DNA of 47,118 bases from Guillardia theta CCMP2712 (taxonomy: Eukaryota; Protista; Cryptophyta), in contig NW_005434548.1 in the NCBI RefSeq assembly GCF_000315625.1, forward strand, positions 105,100-152,217, written 5' to 3'. Below the pieces are notes generated by a model, which worked only from the letters and a program-made list of their open reading frames with translations, did no database searches and was not told where the DNA came from. This document shows, in pieces, positions 25,899 to 37,444 of the stretch. How positions within the stretch are numbered: the stretch's first letter is position 1; each line of letters opens with the position of its first letter. Position numbers and translations under genes: made by a program.

Positions 25899-26509
25899 TG
25901 TCGCCTACGTCCTTCCAGCTATGGAGTTCAATGTCTCGTGCACTTCAACCCTCTCCAATCTCACTCGTCGCTGCAACAGCCGATGGCGATAGTCCCCAAT
26001 GGCACGACCAATCTCGAATCTGATCCTCTTGTATCAACTTATCCTCCTCTTATGTGCCTCTCTGACGACTTCCAGTCCTTGCTTGCTCGGGGGCCGATGT
26101 CTATTCACCGGCAAACCCTCCAAGAATCAAGTTTAATTCGATCCCAGAATTCCTGCTCCTTGTGCGACCTGCGCGGTGCGAGCGAATGGAGGGATGCAAT
26201 CGGATTGCCTCTGCTCCAGGAATGGCCTTGCAGTCAACAGACTATCTCGATGCAGTTCTGCTCATCCGCCAACACCACCGACGTCGTTGGTTCCTCCCTA
26301 TGTCAAATGATCCTCTACTCCTCTAGGGTACAGGACAGGTACGAGAGACACCGTTCCTTGCTCAGCCACTAGCAGACTATGTCGCCCCTTCCTGTTCCTC
26401 CTTCTCGTCCACTTCCTTGCTTCTTCCTCTTCTCTTCTCTCTCGTCTTTCTCTTCCTCCTTCTCTTCCTCTCACACCATCGTCGCCTCCCTTGATTCACA
26501 CATGCGTCC

Positions 26510-27340
26510 CCCACCACCCCACCCCACGAGCATCATTGACCACCTACCCCATTGAAAAAGCATGACCCCATACTTACTCTTTGTACCATACCTCCTAAGG
26601 TATCAATTTTTGTACCCTACCCATCTACTTAGAATAAATTTCTCGGCAAGTACCGGGTCTGGAGAAACATCTTCTTTAACCCTACCCATCTAATTCTCTT
26701 GACCCTAACCCCTACGAATGCCATGTAACCCAAGGTGCCTTCAAAATGTTCGACTACCCCTGCTCTGACATGTAACAGGAGAGAAAAAAGCCATCAGGCC
26801 CAGGGGGGTGGGGTGGAGGTACGACCCTACCGGCCTTAGACCCTTTATCGACACCACCCCTCCATCATCCGGCAGCTCGGAGTCACCCGGTGACCAGTGC
26901 GGAGGCTCAGTGCACGCGGCCCGGCGGCCGACTCGCCGAGCGGGGGCCCGGCGGCGGGCGCCCGCTGCCGCCCCCGGCCCGCCCGGTCCTTTGAGTAAAC
27001 TTGGCGGCCCGGCTGGCAACCGCCGGACTCCGCGGGGCCTGAACTTGTGATTCAGGCTTGCTCCGCGTCACTACGGTTTTCCGGCCCGGCCGGGGGTGCC
27101 CCCGCCGATCACCGTCACGGCGGCCCGGCCCGGCCGGCTGCGGCCGGTCACTGCCGTACCACTGACGGTAACGGGCAACACTAAGGGGTATAACCGTCGG
27201 ACCATTCTACCGTTACTCTGTGATTCTCCTCGGCCGAGGGCGTAGGTACCACTCCGACTTTCATAGAAGGGACCCCACCACCCCATAGAATGACTTCAAA
27301 AATCAGGGTAGGTGTTCTGAGGGGGTACGACAGGGAGTAG
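26510..27340. promoter_or_regulatory. Symmetric intergenic module: ACCC block, CCGG-rich core, GGGT block
   Basis: ACCC on + at 26510-26860, GC-rich at 26870-27175, GGGT on + at 27185-27330, between head-to-head genes. Confidence 0.45.
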
Positions 27341-27926
27341 CCAAAGACTGACCAAAATGGCGAGATGAAACTACCGCTTATGGCTGCAAGATGATGGAAA
27401 AATGTCAGATGAGGGGAGTGGCTGGAAGCTAACAGCAGCCCTGCTCTGCTATCAGCGTCTTGCCCCAAGCTCCTGCTGTCTTGATCTTGCTCTCTTCTCA
27501 AATACGATGCGTCAATCCCCTTAGTTCCCCTTCTGTCTCCACTTACAAGCACAAGTTCACCTTTGCTGAGGGCCTGGTCTCGTTGTCCTACTCCAACCGT
27601 TGAACTGCTCTGCTCCCTCCATGGATAGTGGGTGTCAACTTGTTGAGAGTTTATATGCATCAACCTGAGGATTTCATGGAATGTACAACTCACATGGGAC
27701 TATCAATCAGCATCTCAGAGAGATATCATCAGCTTGCTCCAGTCTTTGATCCATGCCCCTCACCTTTTTGCTTGTTTTGAGTGGATGTGAAAATCTTGTT
27801 TATGTTTGTTGTTGTTCTTTCATGTTTTGTCGACAACATCATTCAACAACAAAGCTAACACAAGTCTCGATCCCCGTCCAACAACGTCAGCTACATGTTG
27901 ACGAGCTGACTTGAATCTCTTTTAGC

Positions 27927-29916
27927 ATGTCTGAGTCCAACGACTCCGATAGCGATATCCTCATCCCGTCGAGCATTCGGCCGACCTTTCGGTTCCAACC
28001 CACTGACAGAAGGAGGAGTCTGAGCCTGGTGCAGGAGGAACGCGGGGTATCCCACCAAGACAAGCCCAGTGGTGACAGCAGCAGCTCGCAGGTCGTCGAG
28101 GAGATGTCGTACAGTGATGGCGATGCTGACCCTTGCCATGCGCTACATTATAGGCAGCTGCGAGGCGACTACTCCGAACAACGACCAGCATGGGAGGTCG
28201 CTGCGGAGCTTCGCAAGCGGATGGTAAGGATGCACAGTTACTGTCCTCCTACCTGACTCCCTTGACTCCAGTCGGAGCGCACCTCCCCCAAGACCGACGA
28301 GCTCAAGGTTTCTGATCTCACTGCCGGAGACTCCAAGTCTCGATTCCAGATCCTCCCGGGACATGACAGCGGTGGTGATGCTCAAACTGACCCGCCTCAC
28401 TCACGACTGAGAGCAGCCGATGCAGAGGCTACGCCTGCCTTCAACCCCATGGAAAACCCAACGAGGTGAGCCCGAAAACTCCATCATCATCGCTCTGATC
28501 TCTCTTGTCCTCATCATCATCGCTCTGACCTCTCTTGTCCTCATCATCATCGCTCTGATCTCTCTTGTCTTCATCATCATCGCTCGGACCTCTCTTGTCC
28601 TCATCATCATCGCTCTGATCTCTCTTGTCCTCATCATCATCGCTCTGACCTCTCTTGTCCTCATCATCATCGCTCGGACCTCTCTTGTCTTCATCATCAT
28701 CGCTCTGATCTCTCTTGTCCTCATCATCATCGCTCTGACCTCTCTTGTCCTCATCATCATCGCTCGGACCTCTCTTGTCCTCATCATCATCGCTCGGACC
28801 TCTCTTGTCCTCATCATCATCGCTCTGACCTCTCTTGTCTTCATCATCATCGCTCTGACCTCTCTTGTCTTCATCATCATCGCTCGGACCTCTCTTGTCT
28901 TCATCATCATCGCTCTGACCTCTCTTGTCTTCATCATCATCGCTCTGACCTCTCTTGTCTTCTTCATCATCGCTCTGACCTCTCTTGTCTTCATCATCAT
29001 CGCTCTGATCTCTCTTGTCTTCATCATCATCGCTCTGACCTCTCATGTCCTCATCATCATCGCTCGGACCTCTCTTGTCTTCTTCATCATCGCTCTGATC
29101 TCTCTTGTCTTCATCATCATCGCTCTGATCTCTCTTGTCCTCATCATCATCGCTCTGACCTCTCTTGTCCTCATCATCATCGCTCTGACCTCTCTTGTCC
29201 TCATCATCATCGCTCTGACCTCTCTTGTCCTCATCATCATCGCTCGGACCTCTCTTGTCTTCTTCATCATCGCTCTGATCTTTCATGTCTTCATCATCAT
29301 CGCTCGGACCTCTCTTGTCGCAGACTTGTTCCTGTTCTTCGTCGTGGGCTGCCTCCCTCCCTCAACTCGTCGCATGCCCTTGTTCCTGGATACGTGGGCA
29401 TCGGGATCAAATTCACCCAGAACGAGCAAGGGCAGCACGTCATCACCTCCCTCCTCCCCGGGGGGCCAGCAGAGAAGACTGGGCAGGTCACGTAGCATGT
29501 TGCAGGACAGAGCGCGGGGCTCACGGGGTAGCAGATCTTCGTGGGGGACACGATCCTGGCTGTGAACGACGTTTCCATGCAAGGGAAGACTTCTGACGAA
29601 GTGATCGACCTCATCCTTGGTCACCCTGGCTCCTTCGTGGAGATTCTGCTCAAGGGCAACGCAGCGTACGAGCAGCAGGTGGGCGTGAAGATTGACCTCT
29701 GAATGTTGGAGCAGAACCCTAAGTAGCAACGGGGTAGTGTCAAGCCCCGGCAGCGGGATCCCTCTGTTGAAATCAAGTGACTCGCCGGTATCTAAGGTAC
29801 TGCTCTACCTGGTTGAGGGGAGGATCAGGAAGGAGGGGAGGGAGGGGGAAGCAGGAGGAGGACGCAGGAGGAAGAAGAAGGAGCAGGATGCAAGGGCAGG
29901 AGGAGGAGCAGGAAAA

Positions 29917-29998
<82 letters not shown>

Positions 29999-31684
29999 AG
30001 AAGGAACAGGAACAGGAACAGGAGCAGGAAGAAGGAGCAGGAGGAGGATGGGAGCGTTGAGCTCGAGGTGACGGAACTGCACAGGAGTTCAACACAGGCA
30101 CCCCTGTGTCGCTCAACAGCTACCACGCTCCCCGAAAGGCTGGCATCGGCGCCAAGTTCATGGTTGACAGGTCAAGTCGAAGTCAAGCTTGCGCTGGCGA
30201 TGCTCTGACGACCTCTCAGCAACTCGGTCGTGTCAGTCTCGGAGGTGATGATGGGCTCCCCCGCCTCAGACTGCAAGAGAATCCACGTCGGCGATCGGCT
30301 CCTGATGGTGCGCAAGTCGCTCACGGCAGGCTGAGGGTCGTGAGAGAGGCTACAGGTAGACGGAGTTGACATCCGACACAAGGGGGCAGAGGAGATCGCC
30401 AGCATGCTTGCTGGCCCCTTGGGAAGCGCGGTGCATCTGACGATCGAGAGCGGTACGGGGGAGAGCCGCTGCTTGCTCCTGTCTTAAGCCTTCCTTGCAG
30501 CCTTCGATGCCGAGCAGAGGAGCGTGCGGCTCCATCGGCGAGGCCCCTCGGGGAACATCATCGTCTCTTCGCCTAAGGCGAGGTCGCAGGGAAGCCAGTC
30601 CCCCAGCACAACCTCGGCTCCCAGCTCGTCCGGCTACAACGCCTTCTCAGAGATGAACAACATTGTCGGCGAGATCTTTCAGCAGGCGAGCAAGGACAAG
30701 ACGCGCAGTGAAGCCGGGCCCCACAACCAGCAGGTGTCCAACGGGTCTGATGGAAGGCACCATCCCAACGACGACGACACGATCGCCACCAACGGACATG
30801 TCGGGCACTCGACCTGCCAGCCCCGACCTGACGCTGCTGGCAGATCCTCTCCTCGGACGCGACCGAAGACGTTACCACGGCTGTCAACTCTGTCGAGCTG
30901 CCGTCGAGCCCCTTCCAGCTCCAGATCACGTCCGAGGATGACCGGATAGACGAGGAGGCCAACGGGCTTCCTGAGGACAGCGCGACGATCACGGCAAACG
31001 CTATGAGCGTAAGGAACCCGACGCAGTCGTCCGGTAAGAGGCCTCACGGTTTGGAGGCGGAGGCTGACGGGTAGCTGCTCCAAGATGAGCCGCGAAAGCA
31101 GAGGGCGGCGATGGAGCAGGGAGGGTTGACGGAGGACGGGGCTCTTGTTGGAGCAGCGGCTACCCCGCAGGACCCTGAACATGGAGTGGGAAGGACCGTA
31201 CCGGCAGTGAAGGCGCTTTCAATCGGTCAGAGATGAGACTGCAGGGTCTCTTGCTGACATGGTTGTGCCAGAAACTGAAAACCTGATGTCAACCCCGAAG
31301 CAGTCGCAGCGCTCCCCCATGACCGAGAGCATGTCCCCACCTGCGCAGATCATGAGCTTCTCCACGCATCAGTCCAAGGAAGGGAGCCAGCAGAGCCAAG
31401 GGCAGGACAGCTCGAAGCTGGATGAGCTCTTAGCGATCCAGAAGAAGCAGCAGGAGAACGTCGACGTGGTCTTGCGAAGGTGAGCGCGCTCGCAGGTACC
31501 GAGGGGGGCTGGCAGGTGCTGACGAGGCTTCAGGATGCTGGAGCTGGAGCTGCACATGAATCAGAATCACCTTGCCATGCAGGAGAACCTCAAGAACCAA
31601 GGAAAGATGCTTAACTCTCACACCGATCAGATTCAGCGCTTGTCGGCGGAGGTGCACAAGAAGTCCTGCTGTGTGATCAGCTAA
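27927..31684 (+). CDS. Two-PDZ-domain scaffold with C-terminal coiled coil and CaaX box
   Basis: Spliced PDZ1 YVGIGIKF...VITSLLPGGPAEKTGQ|IFVGDTILAVNDVSMQGKTSDEVIDLILGHPGSFVEI. PDZ2 KAGIGAKF...MGSPASDCKRIHVGDRLLM|VDGVDI...EEIASMLAGPLGSAVHLTI. Ends KKSCCVIS* (TAA 31682-31684). Confidence 0.85.
28481..29320. repeat. 30-bp minisatellite, ~28 copies, inside intron 28466-29323
   Basis: Unit TCATCATCATCGCTC(T/G)GA(C/T)CTCTCTTGTC(C/T); 840 bp / 30. Confidence 0.97.
29915..30030. repeat. (GCAGGA)n hexamer microsatellite, intronic
   Basis: Visible run; the same unit occurs as (CTCCTG)n at ~44933-44970 and 46021-46087. Confidence 0.9.
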
Positions 31685-31699
31685 GACCTCCGACTCGGC

Positions 31700-33200
31700 G
31701 ATCGGACCGTGGCGTCTCCCAACTGAGGCGAGTCAGGCTGTAGTCCGCCCGGATCAGCCTGACGGTGAGGGGATTGCCAGGCCACTGCCGTTAAGTTCGT
31801 CTGCCGGCAGTGCCGCCCCGGCCCGCCGGGAACTTCAAGCGGCGCGGCCCAGCCTGACTCAGACCCGAGGCGAGCCTCGGAGAGTCCCGGCGCCCGCGCG
31901 ATCGGCGGCGGCAGTGATCGAAGTTGTACGCCGGTGCCGGGATAAATGAACTTTGTTGTCGCACTCAGTGACTCAGGCGCCTGTAAAGCGGCCCCCGGCG
32001 CCACTCATTGAAAGTTTCCGTGGCAGCCGGGTCACGGTTGGCAAGGCGGCCGGCCGGCGGCACTGGCGGCACTGTCACTGCCGTCCGGGCCCGGGATCAT
32101 TATGGCACTGCGGCGGCATGACTAAGTGCCTCCCGGAGCTCGCGGGGGCCCGGTGGCAGTAGCCTGATCACTACCACCACGGTTCCCATAATTCACCCGG
32201 GCCGGTCACACTGAGTCCGACCGCACTGCCACACGGGCCCCGGCCCCCGGACCGTCTCCGCCGTGGAACGCCACGGCACATGCCTGCGCCGCCGAAGCCT
32301 TCCGAACCGTCCTTTTTTTCAGCCGTGGCAGTGACCGTACTAACGGTAGTCACTCAACCCTAGGACTTGAAGCCTCCGCCCGCCGTGACCGGCGACCGGC
32401 GTCAACGGCGCACGGCGAAAGTCACCGGCGGCGGCCCAATGACGCGCCCGGCTGCGCCGCCGTACCGGCGGTCCGATCACGGCCCGGGGTACGGTACGGC
32501 GCCGGGGCGTCCCGGCGCGCCCGGCGCCAGCGCCGGGGGGCCGGCTGCAGGCCCTTCTTTGGTCACCACTGGCAACTTGCCCGGCAAAGCCTGGAACCTA
32601 CTAGGCTACTCTGATTTAACTTGTAAGTTGCACTGCGGCGGCAAATGAGTACGCCGAGGACAATCAGGACTCCGCCGGACCGTGTAGTACTGACAGGACA
32701 CATATGATCACGGTGTGAACCAGTAGTCACTGAGTACCGGGGGTCCGGGCCCGCCGCGCCCCTGGCCCGGCCGGGGCCGGCCGGCGGCCGCCGCCGACAA
32801 TCGGAGTCAGGCTCGGAGTCGGACGCGACGGTGCGGGCGGCGCACCGTGACTGCGGCCAGTGGGCCGCCTGGCACGTCCGTCCGTGGCGGCGGCCTGGCA
32901 GTGGGCCGCCCCGCCTGGCAGCCAGTGGGCCGCCTGGCACGTCCGTCCGTGGGGCCGCGCGCGCCGGCGGGCGGCGCCGGCCGGGCCGCCGGCGCCGATA
33001 CGGCGGCCCGTCGGCTCAGTCACTGAGAAGAGAAAAGACAGGCGGGCAAGAACACCACGCCTCAGCCGGAGTTGGCTGAAGTTGAGGTTCGAACGCCGGG
33101 CTCTCAGTGAAGTCGCGGCCGTCACGTACGGTCCGACCGTCAGCCGCCCAGCCGGCCGGGCGGGCCCGCTCAGTGTTAACGGTTTTTAAGTTACTCATCA
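31700..33200. repeat. GC/CpG-rich low-complexity intergenic block (CCGG, GGGCCC, TGAGTC, CAGTG motifs)
   Basis: Same composition as 21105-21190, 26870-27175, 37680-38240 and 42660-42790; contains a ~30-bp direct repeat at 32856-32952. Confidence 0.6.
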
Positions 33201-34371
33201 AAAGTTTTTATCACCCGCCTCAGAGGCTGTCTTCGGGGACAAGTTCACTACCCGCTTCCCCTCACGGACCCATCCGACTGGAAGTCCGTTGGGAGGATCC
33301 GTGATAGGACGATCGGTTGTCATTTGATCACGAGGTCCACAACCAAGGGCTTACAGGCTTTCCTATGTCTCTGATTTCGAAATAGTGTTCTGAATTATTG
33401 AAACTGTATACAAGAATTTGATGATATTTGACCAACTGCTGATAAAGTAAGAAGGCATTCTCAATCCAATTAAAATCTCATGATATATTTCCCTTTAATT
33501 AACGAAAAGACATCTTTTCGCATCCACACTCCACAAGCCTTACAGCTACTCTGTAAGCATGCCTCCTAATCCGAATTCACATGACCACCTCTTGTTTCAG
33601 TTCAAAGAAAAATTCCAAATATGTTATCGTCTATATTTCAAATATTTGTATGTCGTTTCAAACTATTTCAGGTATGCATATCTCATGTTCTCATGGACCC
33701 TGGAGTTCAACTCCGAAATGCTTTTTCGTAAAACTAGTTTTATATGATTCGAAAGCAAAGGACAACCTTTGACTTTGCTGCCCGATACCACCCCTTCCCG
33801 ACATTGACAAGTACCCCTAGTCCATCATACTTTATAAAGATTGAAACTGTCTATTAAGACCTCATGCATTGACTACCCACTCATGTTCAATCAAACCCCT
33901 GGGTTGAGGATACTTTGTACCCTTTTCACACACTCCCCACCCCCTCCCATCACCACCCCACCCTCTAATACCTGCACCCCCGTTTTAAAAAGCGTGTTGT
34001 AAGAATAGGCTTACAGAAGCAATCTGGAACCACAGGACTACTATCGTTCCTTCCCTGTCCAACCTCCACCCACCCCTCTTTCTGCTCCAACTGACGTGGA
34101 ACAACCCCCTCTACATGTCACAGTGAGTCACAATACGTTTACAGTTTTGTTGTATTATAGACTGTAAAGTTTTGGTTCTCAACAAAACAGCATCAAATCC
34201 GTACACAGTCAAATCAATTGTTTATTGATTGGCGTTCTAGTGAAATATAGTTTATTTACTGGAGCATAATGACCCCCCTATCAAGACCCCTTCTTACACC
34301 ACCCTACCCCGGCTGTTGATATACAGGTTGATTTGCCCTCTTGCAGCACAGGCAAGCGCGTCAGATTCAAC

Positions 34372-36048
34372 ATGCAAGCGGCGCCATGCCGCGTACCCTG
34401 CGCTGCTACTCCTCCGTCCTCCTCCTGCCTCCTTCTCCCTCACCTCAATATCTCCCTGCATCCTCAAGTCTCTCCTTCCCTCTTCCCCAACCCAAACGCC
34501 TCTGACGCGGTCCTAACGTTCGGGATGATGTCTGGGGGACAGATTTGTCACTCGAATAGTGCGGTACCAAATACCGCCCCCTTATTTCCCCTTCATTCTG
34601 CAAGGCCCAGAAGCTTTGAGGACTGGAGCTCAAGGCAAAGATCTTGGATGGAACTTTCTGCTATCGCAACAACTCAGGATGAAGTGTTCGGTGATGGCTT
34701 GTGCGTTTCTCCTGAGCCTCCGGCTGCACATCGCAAACCAAGCCCAACCCTCGTGGTGTCAGATCTGCAGAATACAGAAGCAAGAAGTCCTCTCCACACC
34801 TGCCAGATGTTGTCCCATCCTTCCCACAGGCCTCCACCATTGGATGGACTTGCCGGGCCGACCACACCTCCAGCTGCGGACAAGAGGAACATGTTCTCAG
34901 ACGTCTCGTCAGCGGTATGGGGAACGTTCGATGAAGAATGGTCAGTTGGAAAGATCTTTCCTGTTCTCCCAGGCCGCCTCTCTTTCACTGTGCATGAAGA
35001 TGATGAGCAAACTAAGAGGGAGATCACAGACAAGCCGAAGCTCTTCTTCTTCTCGTCAGAGGCTCAGGAAAGTTATGAGCCCTTCTGTCATGATTTCGGA
35101 CCAGTCAATCTGGCGGCCCTCTATCACTTCTGTGTCTTGGTAGACGAGAAGATGAATGAGCCCCGGCTGCAGCAGCGACACCTCGTCTACTATTGTGAGA
35201 ATGAGTCATCCTCTGTTACCAACGCTGCGTTCCTCCTTAGCGCCTACATCATGCTCCGTCGGGGTCTGACCCCAGAGGCTGCCTATGCTCCCTTCCAGCG
35301 GATGAAAGCGTCTCCCATCAAGCCTTACCGAGATGCCTCTCACTGCCCTTCCGAGTACGACCTCCCCATCCTCGATTGCCTCCGCGGGCTCTTGAGGGCA
35401 GTCAAGCTGGGCTGGTTCAATCTGGACAAGTTCGACTTGGACGACTACGTACGGTGGAACCATCCAAGTTTTGACTTCCACGTCATCTGCCCGAAGCTCA
35501 TCGCCTTCCGAGGCCCTGACGTGAGGAGAAAGTTCAAGGAGGATCCGACCGCCTTTAGCCCCTCCAAGTGCGTAGAGGCGTTCAAGGCCAAAGGCGTCAC
35601 TGCCGTTGTCCGTCTCAACGAGCCGGAGACTTACGATCCCGCTGAGTTTGAGAAGGAGGGGATCAGACACTACGACTTGCAGTTCGAGGACTGCACTGCC
35701 CCTCCTCGTGCCATCGTGGAGAAGTTCCTCAAGATCTGCAAGGATGAGAAGGGGTCGGTGGCTGTGCATTGCCGGGCGGGTCTGGGCAGGACTGGAACTC
35801 TGATTGCTGTTTACATGATGGCGGCGCATCGTTTCAGAGCCAACGAGGCCATCGCGTGGCTGCGGCTGGTGAGGCCAGGGAGCGTGATAGGACGGCAGCA
35901 GCAGTTCCTCAAGTCGCTCGAGCTCGGAGTGGCTCCAGAGAGAGTGACAGAGGATGTCGATTTGGCCAGACACAAGGAGAGCAAGAGGATGGCGGATCAA
36001 TTGTCCCTTGCCATGGTCTGCCGGTTCAAACGATGTAAATCGAGATAG
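34372..36048 (+). CDS. CDC14: Cdc14-family dual-specificity protein phosphatase; start uncertain
   Basis: DSPn motifs DFGPVNL, NAAFLLSAY, PYRDAS and ILDCLRGL; catalytic region FEDCTAP and VAVHCRAGLGRTGTLIA, then WLRLVRPGSVIGRQQ. Confidence 0.93.
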   Translation: MQAAPCRVPCAATPPSSSCLLLPHLNISLHPQVSPSLFPNPNASDAVLTFGMMSGGQICHSNSAVPNTAPLFPLHSARPRSFEDWSSRQRSWMELSAIATTQDEVFGDGLCVSPEPPAAHRKPSPTLVVSDLQNTEARSPLHTCQMLSHPSHRPPPLDGLAGPTTPPAADKRNMFSDVSSAVWGTFDEEWSVGKIFPVLPGRLSFTVHEDDEQTKREITDKPKLFFFSSEAQESYEPFCHDFGPVNLAALYHFCVLVDEKMNEPRLQQRHLVYYCENESSSVTNAAFLLSAYIMLRRGLTPEAAYAPFQRMKASPIKPYRDASHCPSEYDLPILDCLRGLLRAVKLGWFNLDKFDLDDYVRWNHPSFDFHVICPKLIAFRGPDVRRKFKEDPTAFSPSKCVEAFKAKGVTAVVRLNEPETYDPAEFEKEGIRHYDLQFEDCTAPPRAIVEKFLKICKDEKGSVAVHCRAGLGRTGTLIAVYMMAAHRFRANEAIAWLRLVRPGSVIGRQQQFLKSLELGVAPERVTEDVDLARHKESKRMADQLSLAMVCRFKRCKSR

Positions 36049-36335
36049 AACACTGTGATGGATTAGATGCACATATGTACATGCTGTATCTGATTATGTA
36101 CTTTTGTGAATGAAACCGCTGATTACCACACAAGACAATTGCGAATACAGGACCAGTGAGATGTAAAAACTTCAATTGTTGTAAAAACAATCGAATAAAA
36201 TAGACTAGACAAGACCAACTACTATGTTAACTCGTTTCTGAAATGAAGTGTCTTTCATCCCACAACCCCAGAGGAAAGCACAAAACTTCCCGACTGGATC
36301 GCCCCCACCTTCATAGAAGAAAACGTTTGCCGCGC

Positions 36336-36980
36336 TTATGTGGACTCGATGGGGTTGGTGTACTGCCAAAAAATCGTCATCACCGGCTCAAGTGTTTTCT
36401 TCGTCCCTTACGGTTCCCCACAAGTGCTGGACTGGAGGATCCCAGTACTGCGAAGTTCAAGTCAAGAAGAGTCAGACTACATCCATATGAGCTCTTACCG
36501 TCTGAAAGTTGACGAAACATGCAAGCACGGAGGAGATCATTATGGATGGGCGTTGAAAGACAGAAATGGCAGCGGGAAGAGAAGAAGAAAGCGGAAGCAG
36601 AGAAGAAGAGAAGAAGAATCTGTCAGTAATTCTCGAATCATTTCAGTTGCTGTCGTACCCCCCAGAAGTCACGACGAGGAACACCATCTTCCATGGTGAG
36701 ACGATCCTCACGGTCGGTGATGGCAGCCTATACTGGCATCAGGCATCTCTCTCCCTTCCTTGCCGTCCTTACCCAATGAGGAACAGGGAAGATGCCGGGA
36801 GGAGGAGTGAAGACGGAGAGAAGCTGCGGTCATGTAAGATCTCGATGTGCGCAAGTTTGAAACACTTTGGAAGAGACACATGGGGAAACAACCTCATCAT
36901 GCACTAACAGGCAGCACAAACGGTGCACTACAAGCTCAGCTAAACTACAACTCAAGTCTCCACCTAAGATTTCCCAGCAT
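36336..36980 (-). CDS. Small micro-exon-encoded peptide (~75 aa), absent from the ORF track; 5' end tentative
   Basis: Phase-0 exons 36823-36773, 36727-36659, 36501-36499, 36447-36412 and 36362-36336, all bounded by AG/GT. They read LLSVFTPPPGIFPVPHW-AAITDREDRLTMEDGVPRRDFWG-T-YWDPPVQHLWGT-YTNPIEST*. Confidence 0.7.
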
Positions 36981-37444
36981 ATTCGAGAGAATGAAAGAGC
37001 GTAGACATCCGTGCCTCATCATTTGCTCAGGTTGCATAGAGCATCAATCAGGGCGATGTGCCATGCCTATCACCGCCGCCATAACACATCATCAGCAACG
37101 TCTCTAACATCAATGCTGTGTTCTAAAATTTGCAAAAGAAATGAGCTTGTTCCTGAAATATTCAGTTTATCCCCCCATTATTTCAATCTTTCAGTTGGAT
37201 CTTCATCTATTTGCTGCCATATTGCCTCTGTACTGCATGATGGATATTTACTTTCACAGGTGAGCTTGGAGCTTTGGTCCTGGTCCAAGTGCATATGTTT
37301 GATTCCTTCCTTCAGGGTGTCTGATCATCCTCTGCTGTACATCCACTTCTACAACATCTCCTTTTCCTCCTCCTGCTCCTCCTCCTCGTTTCTTCGCTTC
37401 AACCATTCCACCATCTTACCTGGAACATAGCGCTTCTTTGATCT

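Noticed and set aside
28401-29565. Long ORFs in several frames (DDDEDKRGQS, IIIALTSLVL and MMMKTREVRA repeats), and a superficial CRISPR-like look
   Set aside because: By-products of a stop-free 30-bp minisatellite inside a GT-AG intron; there are no unique spacers.
31681-33304. Many R/P/G/A-rich ORFs
   Set aside because: Expected from extreme GC content; no codon structure or splice pattern.
35206-36072. 288-aa antisense ORF over CDC14 (similarly 22138-23046 over the GAF gene)
   Set aside because: Antisense shadows of GC3-rich coding sequence with no motifs.
36243-37430. Plus-strand ORFs of 86-139 aa
   Set aside because: No motifs; splice signals instead support a minus-strand micro-exon gene.
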